Source: Calditrichia bacterium (lineage in GTDB: Bacteria > Calditrichota > Calditrichia > JAJRVZ01). Taken from it: a stretch of 64,000 nucleotides of DNA. A program made the position numbers and the translations under genes. Below, in pieces: positions 31,263 through 41,191 of this stretch; the first letter of the stretch is position 1; each line of letters begins with the position of its first letter. The stretch is taken from contig CAWCNS010000011.1 in the NCBI GenBank assembly GCA_963796965.1, forward strand, positions 752,262-816,261, written 5' to 3'. The notes below the pieces were generated by a model that saw only the letters and a list, made by a program, of their open reading frames with translations, was not told where the DNA came from and searched no databases.

Positions 31263-32052
31263 CTGTATTCTCTTTTACCTGAACCTGAACTTCTTCCAAT
31301 CGATTAAAGTTTACTGCGGGTTTAACCAATATTTCCTGAAAAAGTCCTTTTGTATCCAATGAAACTTGTACGACCACCCCAATTTTTATATTTTCAGGAA
31401 AAATCTGACTCATTCCTGAAGTTATTATTACATCACCGACATAAACCTTTATCGTTTTTGTGATATAAAGTAGCTTGAGGTTATTTCCGCCATTCCATGC
31501 AATAACACCCAATTCGCGGTTTCTTTGAATTTTAGCACTAACCCGGCTGCTTGGATCTAGAAGAATCTGACATATGGAATGATCGTTATCCACATTTACA
31601 ATTTTACCGACCAACCCCTCGGCGGTGACAGCAGGAGCCGAAATATAGATTCCGCGTTCAGAACCGGCATTTAAAAGATATCCATTTAAAATATCATGAG
31701 GATTCTCTCCAATCACTTCAGCCGCTGTTAAATTTAGCTGCGACTTTTCCCTGAATCCCAACAATTTACGCAAACGGATATTCTCTAATAGTGCATCCTG
31801 AACCTGCAAATATTTATAGGCAAGTTCTGCGTTTTGGTTCCGTAAGACTTTATTTTCATCAGCCAGGCCAAAATAGGATTGGGCATAATAGATATACTGT
31901 CCCGCACTACCAACCAGATCAAGGGCAACCCCGCGGAAGGACCCACTCTGATCCTTATCTGTTGAGATCATCAGGATCAAAGAAAGAAGAATACATATAA
32001 TCAGGACAAAAGCGTCCCGAATCTCTATTATAAAATTTAATAATCTTATCAC
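31252..32052 (-). CDS. mreC: Rod shape-determining protein MreC (start approximate)
   Basis: ENIRLRKLLG, GLVGKI, GDVIITSG. The ORF-track N-terminus YPVSSIQYPV is translated repeat DNA. Confidence 0.93.
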   Translation of the reverse strand: MIRLLNFIIEIRDAFVLIICILLSLILMISTDKDQSGSFRGVALDLVGSAGQYIYYAQSYFGLADENKVLRNQNAELAYKYLQVQDALLENIRLRKLLGFREKSQLNLTAAEVIGENPHDILNGYLLNAGSERGIYISAPAVTAEGLVGKIVNVDNDHSICQILLDPSSRVSAKIQRNRELGVIAWNGGNNLKLLYITKTIKVYVGDVIITSGMSQIFPENIKIGVVVQVSLDTKGLFQEILVKPAVNFNRLEEVQVQVKENTDGI

Positions 32053-32084
32053 GATTTTATTATTTAATTGTTTAAAATTGGTAT

Positions 32085-32266
32085 ATACTGGATACTGGAT
32101 ACTGGATACTGGATACTGGAATATTCGATTCCGGTCCACTCCTTGTCAAGTACTACTAATAATTAATTCCTTACTTGATCAAATATCTCAACAACAAAAA
32201 GTTTACTGAATCCTTGATCTACAGCGTAATAATACAAGTATCGAGAATCGAGTATCCAGAATCGAG
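32085..32266. repeat. Heptamer tandem repeat (ATACTGG)5 with degenerate complementary arm
   Basis: Five exact ATACTGG at 32085-32119; caagtat-cgagaat-cgagtat-ccagaat at 32235-32262. Confidence 0.9.
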
Positions 32267-32267
32267 A

Positions 32268-33299
32268 CTACATTCTCCGTTGTTTAAGCAGCACTTTCTC
32301 ATAGCGCTCGAAATTTTCCAGAATTGCTCCACACCCTCGCACAACACAGGTGAGAGGATCTTCGGCGATATGAATTGGTAACGAAGTATCTTCCCTCATT
32401 CTCTCATCCAGATTTCTAAGCAATGCACCTCCACCGGTCAAAACGATCCCACGATCAAGAATATCAGATGCTAATTCTGGGGGGGTTCTCTCCAGGGCTA
32501 CTTTAACAGCCTCCACGATGGTCTCTATTGCTTCATCAAGAGCTTCCCGTATTTCCACAGAGCTAATCTCGATCGTTTTGGGGATACCATCAACCAAATC
32601 CCGTCCCTTAATCTCAGTCCGAATCTCTTCTGCCAACGGTGTGGCAGAGCCGATACTACATTTTATCTGTTCAGCTGATTTTTCACCAATCAGCAAATTA
32701 TAATTCTTCTTAAAATATTGCATAATGGATTGATTCATTTCATCACCACCCACACGGATAGATGAATGATGAACAATACCATTGAGAGAAATAACAGCGA
32801 TTTCCGATGTACCTCCACCAATATCAACAATCATATTTCCAATGGGTTGACTGATATCAAGCCCAACACCAATCGCTGCCGCCATGGCTTCAGCAACAAG
32901 ATGCACTTCCCTGGCACCTGCTCTTTCAGCTGAATCCCTGACTGCTCTTTTTTCGACTTCCGTAATTCCTGATGGAACATCCACTACAATTTTCCCAATT
33001 AGCATGCGATTAATATTGGCCTTCCGAATGAGTTCACGCATCATAATTTCCGTTGCTTCAAAATCAGCAATAACACCATCCTTAAGTGGCCGTATCGTTA
33101 TGATATCCCTATGCGTACGGCCCAACATTTCCCGGGCATCATTTCCAATTGCGACAACTTTATCAGATTCACCGTCAAGGGCAATTATAGAGGGTTCATC
33201 AACAACAATACCTTTACCCCGGACATGAATCAATGAGTTTGCTGTTCCAAGATCAATTCCAATATCTGTTGACAACATATTTAAAAACTTAAAGGCCAT
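32268..33299 (-). CDS. mreB: Rod shape-determining actin homolog MreB
   Basis: IGIDLGTAN, RPLKDGVIADF, VDIGGGT, LTGGGALL. Confidence 0.98.
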   Translation of the reverse strand: MAFKFLNMLSTDIGIDLGTANSLIHVRGKGIVVDEPSIIALDGESDKVVAIGNDAREMLGRTHRDIITIRPLKDGVIADFEATEIMMRELIRKANINRMLIGKIVVDVPSGITEVEKRAVRDSAERAGAREVHLVAEAMAAAIGVGLDISQPIGNMIVDIGGGTSEIAVISLNGIVHHSSIRVGGDEMNQSIMQYFKKNYNLLIGEKSAEQIKCSIGSATPLAEEIRTEIKGRDLVDGIPKTIEISSVEIREALDEAIETIVEAVKVALERTPPELASDILDRGIVLTGGGALLRNLDERMREDTSLPIHIAEDPLTCVVRGCGAILENFERYEKVLLKQRRM

Positions 33300-33327
33300 A
33301 CTTTTATCCCCAATCTAATTTCTATTT

Positions 33328-34872
33328 TTAATGTTTAAAATGTCTCATTCCCGTCATCACCATACTCATATCACCTTCATCGGCAGCCTCAATTACCTCG
33401 TTATCCCGGATAGATCCTCCTGGTTGGATAACAGCAATAATACCCGCTTCTGCCAATGCTTCAACACCATCTTTAAAAGGAAAGAATGCATCTGAAGCAC
33501 AGACGGTACCATTAGTGGAATGGCCCGCTTGTACAGCCTTTTTAACAGCTAATTCCGCTGCATCTACCCTCGACATTTGTCCTGCGCCAACCCCAATCAA
33601 TTGTCTATCCGTTGTATATATAATTGCATTTGAATGTACGTGTTTAACTAATTTCCAAGCAAATGCCATTGCATCCCACTCCTGCTGGGTAGGTTCTCGT
33701 TTTGTGGCAACCTTTGCTTTTCTTATATCAATCTTCTCATCGTCTTTCCCTTGAACAAGAATCCCGCCATTTATAGTTCTCACCTGATAAGGATTTATTT
33801 TAACTTCACCTTTTTTATAAGTGAGCAGACGAAGATTTTTCTTTTTTGTAAGCACTTCCAGGGCATCATCAGAAAATTCAGGTGCCAGGATACATTCAAA
33901 AAAATGTTCCGACATCTTTTCGGCCAACGCCTTATCAACGTTACCGGTTAATCCAACAATTCCGCCGAATGCTGACAAGGAGTCACTTTTTAAGGCAAGT
34001 TCATAAGCATCAAATATAGACGCGCCACGCGCAGCGCCACAAGGATTTGTATGTTTTATGATAACAACAAAATCTTCATTGAACTCTTTAACTATTGACA
34101 AAGCCGCATCAAGATCTAACAAATTATTATAGGATAATTCCTTGCCATGTAATTGCTCAAAATCATCAAGGGGATTTTTTTGAGAGAAACTGTAATAGGC
34201 TGCTTTTTGATGTGGATTTTCACCATATCGCAAGTCATGTACCTTTTTTCCGGCAAGAGTAAACTCGTCTGGCAAACCCTGACTATCAGGTAATTGGCTG
34301 ACTAAATAATCTGAAATCAGAGCATTATAACGGGCCGTATGCTCAAAAGCTCTTATCGCACAGCGGTGGCGGAAGTTTTCCGAGGTCTGTCCATCGTTTT
34401 CATTAAGTTCTGTTAATAATTCCTCGTACTGATCTGCCGAAGTTAACACCGTAGTCCAGTTATAGTTTTTAGCAGCGGCCCGAATTAGGGATGGACCGCC
34501 AATATCAATATTTTCTACTGCCTTTTCCAAAGTGCAATCTACCTTGCTGATTGTTTCTTCGAAAGGATAAAGATTGACAATAACCAGATCGATTGCATCT
34601 ACATTTTGTTCCTTTAATTGATCTAAATGTGCCTGATTACGTTTAGCCAGGATTCCAGCAAAGATAACCGGATGGAGGGTTTTCACCCTGCCATCTAGTA
34701 TTTCCGGAAATCCTGTAACATCAGAGACGGCTATAGTTTTAATCCCTGCTTTCTCTAGAGCAGTCTGAGTACCCCCCGAAGAAATAATTTCCACACCTCT
34801 GTCACTTAAATTTTTAGCAAGATCCTCGATACCAGTTTTATCAAATACACTAATGATTGCTCTTTTAATCAT
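33328..34872 (-). CDS. purH: Bifunctional AICAR transformylase / IMP cyclohydrolase
   Basis: GRVKTLHP, IDIGGPS, LRYGENPHQ, SDAFFPF, RHFKH. Confidence 0.98.
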   Translation of the reverse strand: MIKRAIISVFDKTGIEDLAKNLSDRGVEIISSGGTQTALEKAGIKTIAVSDVTGFPEILDGRVKTLHPVIFAGILAKRNQAHLDQLKEQNVDAIDLVIVNLYPFEETISKVDCTLEKAVENIDIGGPSLIRAAAKNYNWTTVLTSADQYEELLTELNENDGQTSENFRHRCAIRAFEHTARYNALISDYLVSQLPDSQGLPDEFTLAGKKVHDLRYGENPHQKAAYYSFSQKNPLDDFEQLHGKELSYNNLLDLDAALSIVKEFNEDFVVIIKHTNPCGAARGASIFDAYELALKSDSLSAFGGIVGLTGNVDKALAEKMSEHFFECILAPEFSDDALEVLTKKKNLRLLTYKKGEVKINPYQVRTINGGILVQGKDDEKIDIRKAKVATKREPTQQEWDAMAFAWKLVKHVHSNAIIYTTDRQLIGVGAGQMSRVDAAELAVKKAVQAGHSTNGTVCASDAFFPFKDGVEALAEAGIIAVIQPGGSIRDNEVIEAADEGDMSMVMTGMRHFKH

Positions 34873-34888
34873 TTCAAATCATACCTTT

Positions 34889-35512
34889 TCATTTAATTCT
34901 TACACGTGAGCCCTTTATTTCCAAACGATCTTCCACAAGGAACTTTACCGCTTCAGGGAATAATCTATGCTCAATTTCTAAAACACGCTCCGCGATCTCC
35001 TTCGCAGTGGAGGCATCGTCTATGCGCACAGGCTCCTGTAATACAATCGGACCGGCATCATATTCATTGTTGACCAGATGGATCGTTACCCCACTGTATT
35101 TTACGCCCCTTTCGAAAACAGCCTCATGAACATAATGTCCATACATGCCCTTGCCTCCGAAGGATGGTAACAGGGCGGGGTGAATATTGATGATTTTATT
35201 ACTATATTGATCAACAATCTGCGAACCAATCATCTTTAAATAACCGGCAAGAATAATATAATCGATTTTCGCAGATAAAAGTTCCCTCAGGATCGCATCA
35301 TTAAACGCGGATGTATCCGGAAACTCTCTGGGTTGAAAGATTTTGACCGGAATATCATTAGAAGATGCAATCTCAATCACCCCCGCACCAGGACTATTGG
35401 TAATACACAGTTCAAATGTGGCGGGAATATAGTGATCCTTAATCTTCTTCAAGATGGCATTAAAATTACTACCTCGTCCGGATGCAAATACTGCTAATCG
35501 TTTATTACCCAT
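34889..35512 (-). CDS. purN: Phosphoribosylglycinamide formyltransferase
   Basis: ASGRGSN, NIHPALLP, YDAGPI. Confidence 0.97.
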   Translation of the reverse strand: MGNKRLAVFASGRGSNFNAILKKIKDHYIPATFELCITNSPGAGVIEIASSNDIPVKIFQPREFPDTSAFNDAILRELLSAKIDYIILAGYLKMIGSQIVDQYSNKIINIHPALLPSFGGKGMYGHYVHEAVFERGVKYSGVTIHLVNNEYDAGPIVLQEPVRIDDASTAKEIAERVLEIEHRLFPEAVKFLVEDRLEIKGSRVRIK

Positions 35513-35704
35513 TCATGTTTCCACAGTTTAAGCTTTTAATTTAACTAAATTTATCTAACCATTCAACAGGTGTGAGACACATTTTTGAGATTGCCTCCAT
35601 ATTATAGTCAAATTTAAAAATGGACTTCAATTCTCAAATTACAGACTATAATATGTAGGCCAATTCAAAATTGGACTACATATCTATGTATCGTACTGGA
35701 TTTA

Positions 35705-36622
35705 TCAGGTCTGGAAGGGATTGGAGACACGGAATCGCTTTTGATTCGTATCCAGGGAGGATATTACCCCGACCGGCATTGAAAATTTGACTTCCCCATG
35801 ACCATAGGGGAAATTTTGTATGACGGGAAAAGTTGCCTGCGAAAAATAGTGATCTATTAATTCTGAAATAGTAAAAGATCGTTCGTTGTCATCTTCACAA
35901 TCAAGAAATTCACCCAGTATCACTCCGCCGATAGTATCGAACACACCCGTCTGTTTCAGGTGCGCTAAATATCGGTCAATTTTATAGGGCTGCTCACCTA
36001 CATCTTCAAGAAAAAGAATAGCTCCCTCATAATCTGGAGAGAATGGCGTTCCCAATAGATGACTAACTAGTGACAGACATCCGCCTAGCAGATTTCCCTT
36101 CGCCTCTCCCGCTATCAATGTTTGAGATGAAGTTGTCCCCAAATCTAGTTCATATTCCTGATTGTTGTTAAACAATTGTCCCCAGAAATGTTTTTCTGTA
36201 AAGCCATTCATCTCTTTGCCCATTTCCACACCAACCATTGGTCCGGAAATGGAGGGGATCCCGGTCTTGGCCCAGATGGCAAGTTGTAAGGTTGTAATAT
36301 CACTATAGCCAATTAATGGTTTTGGATTATTTTTAATCAATTCATAGTCGATCTGGTTGATAAGACGCAATCCTCCCCATCCCCCTCTGGAGCAAATGAT
36401 CATCTCAACCTCCGGATCTGCATACATTTGGTGGAGATCTGCTATCCTCTCGTCATCAGTGCCAGCAAAATAGCCGTAGGTCTTTCCGAGGTTATCCCCA
36501 CGTTTGACTCGAAGATCTTTAGATTCCAAATATCTAATTCCAATCGTGAGGCGATCCATCACTGGAATCCAGGCCGGCGAGACAAGGCCTATCGTACTAT
36601 TTTTGCCAATCTTCTTAAACAT
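35705..36622 (-). CDS. LD-carboxypeptidase (S66)
   Basis: RGGWG, GYSDIT, LFLEDVGE, YGHG catalytic motifs. Confidence 0.93.
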   Translation of the reverse strand: MFKKIGKNSTIGLVSPAWIPVMDRLTIGIRYLESKDLRVKRGDNLGKTYGYFAGTDDERIADLHQMYADPEVEMIICSRGGWGGLRLINQIDYELIKNNPKPLIGYSDITTLQLAIWAKTGIPSISGPMVGVEMGKEMNGFTEKHFWGQLFNNNQEYELDLGTTSSQTLIAGEAKGNLLGGCLSLVSHLLGTPFSPDYEGAILFLEDVGEQPYKIDRYLAHLKQTGVFDTIGGVILGEFLDCEDDNERSFTISELIDHYFSQATFPVIQNFPYGHGEVKFSMPVGVISSLDTNQKRFRVSNPFQT

Positions 36623-36988
36623 GAATTTCCTCTCTATAAAAAACCATTTTCTGATCTACGTAATCCATATAAATGCAAAGACTGCATTACTGTTGATCTT
36701 CTCTTCAGCATTCCCAAACTAGTTTTACGATCGCGTATGATAAAATATACATACGTAGAATTTAATCTAAAAGCCAGATAGATAAAAGATAGGTGGAATT
36801 TAAGTACCGACTGGGGTGTTTAAATCACTAAATGGTATAAAACAAAGACATATAAATAGTTTGAGTTGGATCGTTGGTATTATTTTATTTATTTTCACAT
36901 ACCATGATATTTTATTCTTTGTAGAAGTGGGCGTTGGCGAACGGCCACTGAATATAAGAACAATCATTATTTTAAAGGCACGTTCATC

Positions 36989-38186
36989 ATGTGGTGGTTT
37001 ATTGTTATTTGGAGTGTATTATTAATTCTTGTTTATTGGTATGTGGGCATTCGATTGATAAAACCAGCCAAACTAACCAAAAAGCAAACAAGAATATCAT
37101 GGTTATTGTTATTATTGGTTCCTTTATCCCAACCGGTTTCGTTGATATTGCGTCAGGTTACAGTTTTAAATACGTTAAAAGATGTGATCGGATGGTTGAG
37201 TTATGTTGGTTTTGGTTTTTTTTCGCTTATCCTAGCCGGCTTAATTTTCCGCGATATTTTAATTTTATTTAGTTCTGTGTTCAGAAAAATAAAAACCCGA
37301 TTTGGAAGAAATGATGAGAATAAGAATATAGATTCGAATCCTTTTGACCCGGAGCGCCGTCGTTTTTTGTTGAATGTTACAAATTTGGGGATATTAGGAA
37401 CATCTGCTCTTATGACCGGCTACGGCTACTATGAAGCACGTCGCGAAGCAATACTGGAGAAGGTGAAAATCCCCATACCTGGCCTGCCTTCAATTTTTGA
37501 TGGATTTACGATCGTTCAGTTTACCGATATTCATGCGGGTCCCACGATTAAAAGACGCTTTGTTCAATCCGTCGTCGAGCAAATAAATGGATTAGGCGCA
37601 GACGCCATTGTCTTCACCGGGGATCTGGTGGATGGATCCGTTCCCAATCTGCGGGAAGATGTGTCGCCACTGAAAGATTTATACGCATCGAATGGTGTCT
37701 ATTTTGTTACGGGTAACCACGAATATTATAGTGGTGCAGAATCGTGGATTGAGGAAGTAGATCGCACTTGGTCTCCGGGTATTACAGAACAATCACCAGG
37801 TTATCAAGAGAGGTAAGAGTAATCTTGTTTTGGCCGGGGTTCCGGATTATACGGCCGAAAACTTTATTCCCTCACACAAATCAGATCCACATAACGCCTT
37901 GCAGGGAGCACCCGAAGATGCGGTAAAAATACTCTTAGCGCATCAACCAAAAAGCATTTACAGGGCCGAAGAAGCGGGATTTGATCTACAGTTATCCGGT
38001 CACACCCATGGCGGCCAGTATATCCCCTGGAGTTATCTGGTAACACTCACTCAGCCTTATATAATGGGATTACACAAACACAAAAACACCTGGATTTATG
38101 TCAATCGGGGAACTGGATATTGGGGACCACCACTCCGCTTGGGAATCCCTTCTGAGATCACACATTTAACATTAAAATCCGTTTAG
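36989..38186 (+). CDS. Membrane-anchored metallophosphoesterase (YkuE-like), frameshift near 37765
   Basis: TDIH, TGDLVD, GNHE in the first ORF; LLAHQP, SGHTHGGQ, GYWGPPLRLG in the second. Confidence 0.9.
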
Positions 38187-38480
38187 TCTGATAACCCGAA
38201 TTAGAGATTAATTTAATCGTTTTGAAAATTTTTAGTCGTATAATTCCCCTGACAATATTTTGTATTTTGAGTGTAAAATTGTTATACTTTGTCCTCAGGA
38301 ATTCGAATATTCAACCAGGGAAATTATCGTTGCGATTTGGTCTCAGAGAAGCGATCCGGAAACCATTAGATCGGATGGTCCTTGGGAAATGGGTCCTATA
38401 TAAAAATTTAATTAAATTGATTTCCCTGTCATTTATTCAAATAAATGCAAAAGTTACCGCTGAAAGAAGGAGAATGATCA

Positions 38481-38888
38481 ATGGTCGATGTTATGCCGCA
38501 TGCTAGAGATTTTATGGATAAATCCTTTATAACTCTCACACCGGAGATGGATGTATACCAGGCGATTGACATAATGCTAAAGGGAGATATTACAGGTGCC
38601 GCCGTCGTAGATTCAAAAGAGCAGCTGGTTGGTGTTCTTTCCGAAAAAGATTGTCTCCGTACACTCGCCCATGGTGCCTACAGCGTTCTTCCCAGTGGCA
38701 AAGTTTCTGATTACATGACAGAAAAGCCAGAAACCATTTATGCTGATCTTGACATTTTCACCGTTGCCGATAAATTCCTAAATCGCACCTACCGTAGACT
38801 TCTCGTTGTCGATGAAGATAACCGATTGGTTGGTCAGATAACCAGACGAGACCTGCTTCGTGCCATTCAACAACTTCATGAAAAATAA
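38481..38888 (+). CDS. CBS-pair domain protein
   Basis: Two CBS repeats (LVGVLSEKDCL; LVGQITRRDLL); GAAGGAG RBS. Confidence 0.9.
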   Translation: MVDVMPHARDFMDKSFITLTPEMDVYQAIDIMLKGDITGAAVVDSKEQLVGVLSEKDCLRTLAHGAYSVLPSGKVSDYMTEKPETIYADLDIFTVADKFLNRTYRRLLVVDEDNRLVGQITRRDLLRAIQQLHEK

Positions 38889-39107
38889 GGATTAAAATAA
38901 TTTAGTCTTTTACAGAGTTGACTTAAATGGTAAAGCTCTCTATTACCTCCAAAAAAGTAATCTCTATGAAAATCATGTCTCATTATTTTATATTTCTTGT
39001 CGAGATATAGATATTGATCTTTTACAGGGGCGAGAATGAATGGGAGGCTGATTCCCAGAGATGAATGGTGAAGTGGCATTAAATGAAAAACTAAAGGGAA
39101 GAGTACT

Positions 39108-39497
39108 ATGGCAAATCAAATGGCAGAGAAAAGAAGATTTAATCGCGTTCCATTTTCGTACAATGACAATATTATTGGTACTTTTATTCGTCCGGGAACC
39201 AGCAAAAAAATTATTGCCCATATATTAAATTTATCTGTTCAGGGTCTGTATTTTTCACTCAAGAAAAATGAAATTTCAGATATAGAAGAACATGAAAAAT
39301 TAGTTCTGTTAGATATCAAAGTACCCCGTAATGATGATTTTATTTTAAATATCGAGATGGAGATCCGGCGAATTTTAGACCATCCGGAACTTGAACACAT
39401 TGGATTTGGATGTAATTTTATAACATTTCCTGAAAGCAGTCGGGATCAAATTCGCCGCTTTCTTGAGGTCTGGTTTTTGGAAGGTCGCGAAGGATAA
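39108..39497 (+). CDS. PilZ-domain protein (putative c-di-GMP receptor)
   Basis: EKRRFNRV (RxxxR) and NLSVQG (D/NxSxxG). Confidence 0.85.
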   Translation: MANQMAEKRRFNRVPFSYNDNIIGTFIRPGTSKKIIAHILNLSVQGLYFSLKKNEISDIEEHEKLVLLDIKVPRNDDFILNIEMEIRRILDHPELEHIGFGCNFITFPESSRDQIRRFLEVWFLEGREG

Positions 39498-39527
39498 AAT
39501 CGCAAGTTGGACAGGACAAGCCGTATA

Positions 39528-40718
39528 ATGTTATCAGATAGAATAAATAGAATTAACGAATCTCCAACCGCAGAAATCGCCGCAGTGGCCAGCCAAATGA
39601 AACGCGATAGGGTCGATATTGTTGATCTGAGTATCGGAGAACCTGATTTCCCAACACCTCAAAATGTTAAAAAAGCGGCATTTTTTGGTATCAATCATAA
39701 CCATACAAAGTATACACTCATCCCCGGGACAATTGAGCTGCGCGAGGCAATCGCAAAAAAGTTAAAATCAGATAATAATCTTGATTATAATATCGATAAT
39801 ATTATTGTCTCAAATGGCGCAAAACACGCCATTTTCAACATTATTCTAACTTTGATAAATACAAACGACGAGGTCATTATACCCTCACCTTACTGGGTAT
39901 CCTATCCGGAAATGGTATCCATCGCCGATGGTAAGTCCATAATTGTTCCAACTTCTGATGAAACCAACTTCAAACTATTGCCAGAGCAATTATCTAAAGC
40001 CATTTCTCCCCGTACAAAAATGTTGATACTATGCAATCCTTCAAATCCGAGCGGAGCGGTATATTCCAAATCTGAGTTACAGGCATTGGCTGAGATTGTT
40101 GAAGGTAAAGATCTTTTCGTGATTTCCGACGAAATTTATGAGAAACTGATTTATGACAATTTAAAATTCACCAGTTTTGCAGAGATGAGTCCGACGATTA
40201 AAAAGCAAACGATTGTCGTAAATGGGCTTTCAAAAGCCTACGCCATGATGGGTTGGCGCATTGGCTACGCAGCCGGAGAGAGAGAAATCATTCGTGGCGC
40301 AACTAAGTTACAAAGCAACAGCACAACTAACGCCAGTTCGGTATCACAATTTGCAGCAGTTGAAGCATTAACCGGACCACAAGAAGAAATAAAACGGATG
40401 CATCACTTTTTTGAAGATAGACGAGACTTTATCTATAGTAGTCTTTCTGCCATTGAGGGTATCTCATGCTGTAAACCCAACGGCGCATTTTACGCCTTCC
40501 CTAAAGTCTCAAGATTTTTTGGATCTAATTCTTCCCAGGGAATTATTAATAATTCAAAAGACTTTGCCCTGTATTTATTAAATGAGGCGCGAATTGTACT
40601 CGTGCCAGGCGTTGCATTTGGCTCCGATGATCATATCAGGATATCCTACGCCACCTCTATGGATAGGTTGGAAGAGGGAATGTCCAGGTTAGAATCTGCA
40701 ATAAAAAAACTACATTAA
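39528..40718 (+). CDS. PLP-dependent class I aminotransferase (aspartate aminotransferase-like)
   Basis: GEPDF, NPSNPSG, SDEIYE, SKAYAMMGWRIGY. Confidence 0.95.
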   Translation: MLSDRINRINESPTAEIAAVASQMKRDRVDIVDLSIGEPDFPTPQNVKKAAFFGINHNHTKYTLIPGTIELREAIAKKLKSDNNLDYNIDNIIVSNGAKHAIFNIILTLINTNDEVIIPSPYWVSYPEMVSIADGKSIIVPTSDETNFKLLPEQLSKAISPRTKMLILCNPSNPSGAVYSKSELQALAEIVEGKDLFVISDEIYEKLIYDNLKFTSFAEMSPTIKKQTIVVNGLSKAYAMMGWRIGYAAGEREIIRGATKLQSNSTTNASSVSQFAAVEALTGPQEEIKRMHHFFEDRRDFIYSSLSAIEGISCCKPNGAFYAFPKVSRFFGSNSSQGIINNSKDFALYLLNEARIVLVPGVAFGSDDHIRISYATSMDRLEEGMSRLESAIKKLH

Positions 40719-40732
40719 CATAAAACCCGGCA

Positions 40733-41161
40733 TTAAAATTTTCGACGAATTTTTTTCCATAACCCCGATCCAATAAATTTATCAGCCGCAGAAATAATAT
40801 TTTTTAAAGCCGTTAGAATATCCTGATCTCCTGCCCATAATTCCCGTACAATACTGGAATCTGTCTCATTAATATACTGGTTAATCACATAAGCTGTTAA
40901 AGCAATATCATCAAAATAACCCAACGGGCCAAGGAACAGTTCCGGTAAGAGGTCAATAGGCGAAATGAAATATGCAATGACACCCACAAATTTTAACTTT
41001 TTATCCGAAGGAACTCGTTCATCAATGCTAAGTTTTACTAGTAAATGAAACAGATCAGGCGCAAGCAACAAAAATTCGGCATAGGGGGTTTCATGTTTTT
41101 GTAAAAATGCATTAATCTTAGTTCTTAATTTTACATAAAAATCTTTTTGTTTTTCATCCAT
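40733..41161 (-). CDS. YkvA/DUF1232-family protein
   Basis: AYFISPIDLLPE...GYFDD. Confidence 0.88.
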   Translation of the reverse strand: MDEKQKDFYVKLRTKINAFLQKHETPYAEFLLLAPDLFHLLVKLSIDERVPSDKKLKFVGVIAYFISPIDLLPELFLGPLGYFDDIALTAYVINQYINETDSSIVRELWAGDQDILTALKNIISAADKFIGSGLWKKIRRKF

Positions 41162-41191
41162 TGACTTGTGCCTTTAAGATTATTTTTTTCA

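Noticed and set aside
38222..38506. 94-aa ORF upstream of the CBS gene
   Set aside because: TTG start without an RBS, overlaps a promoter-like region and the CBS start, and has no protein-like motif.
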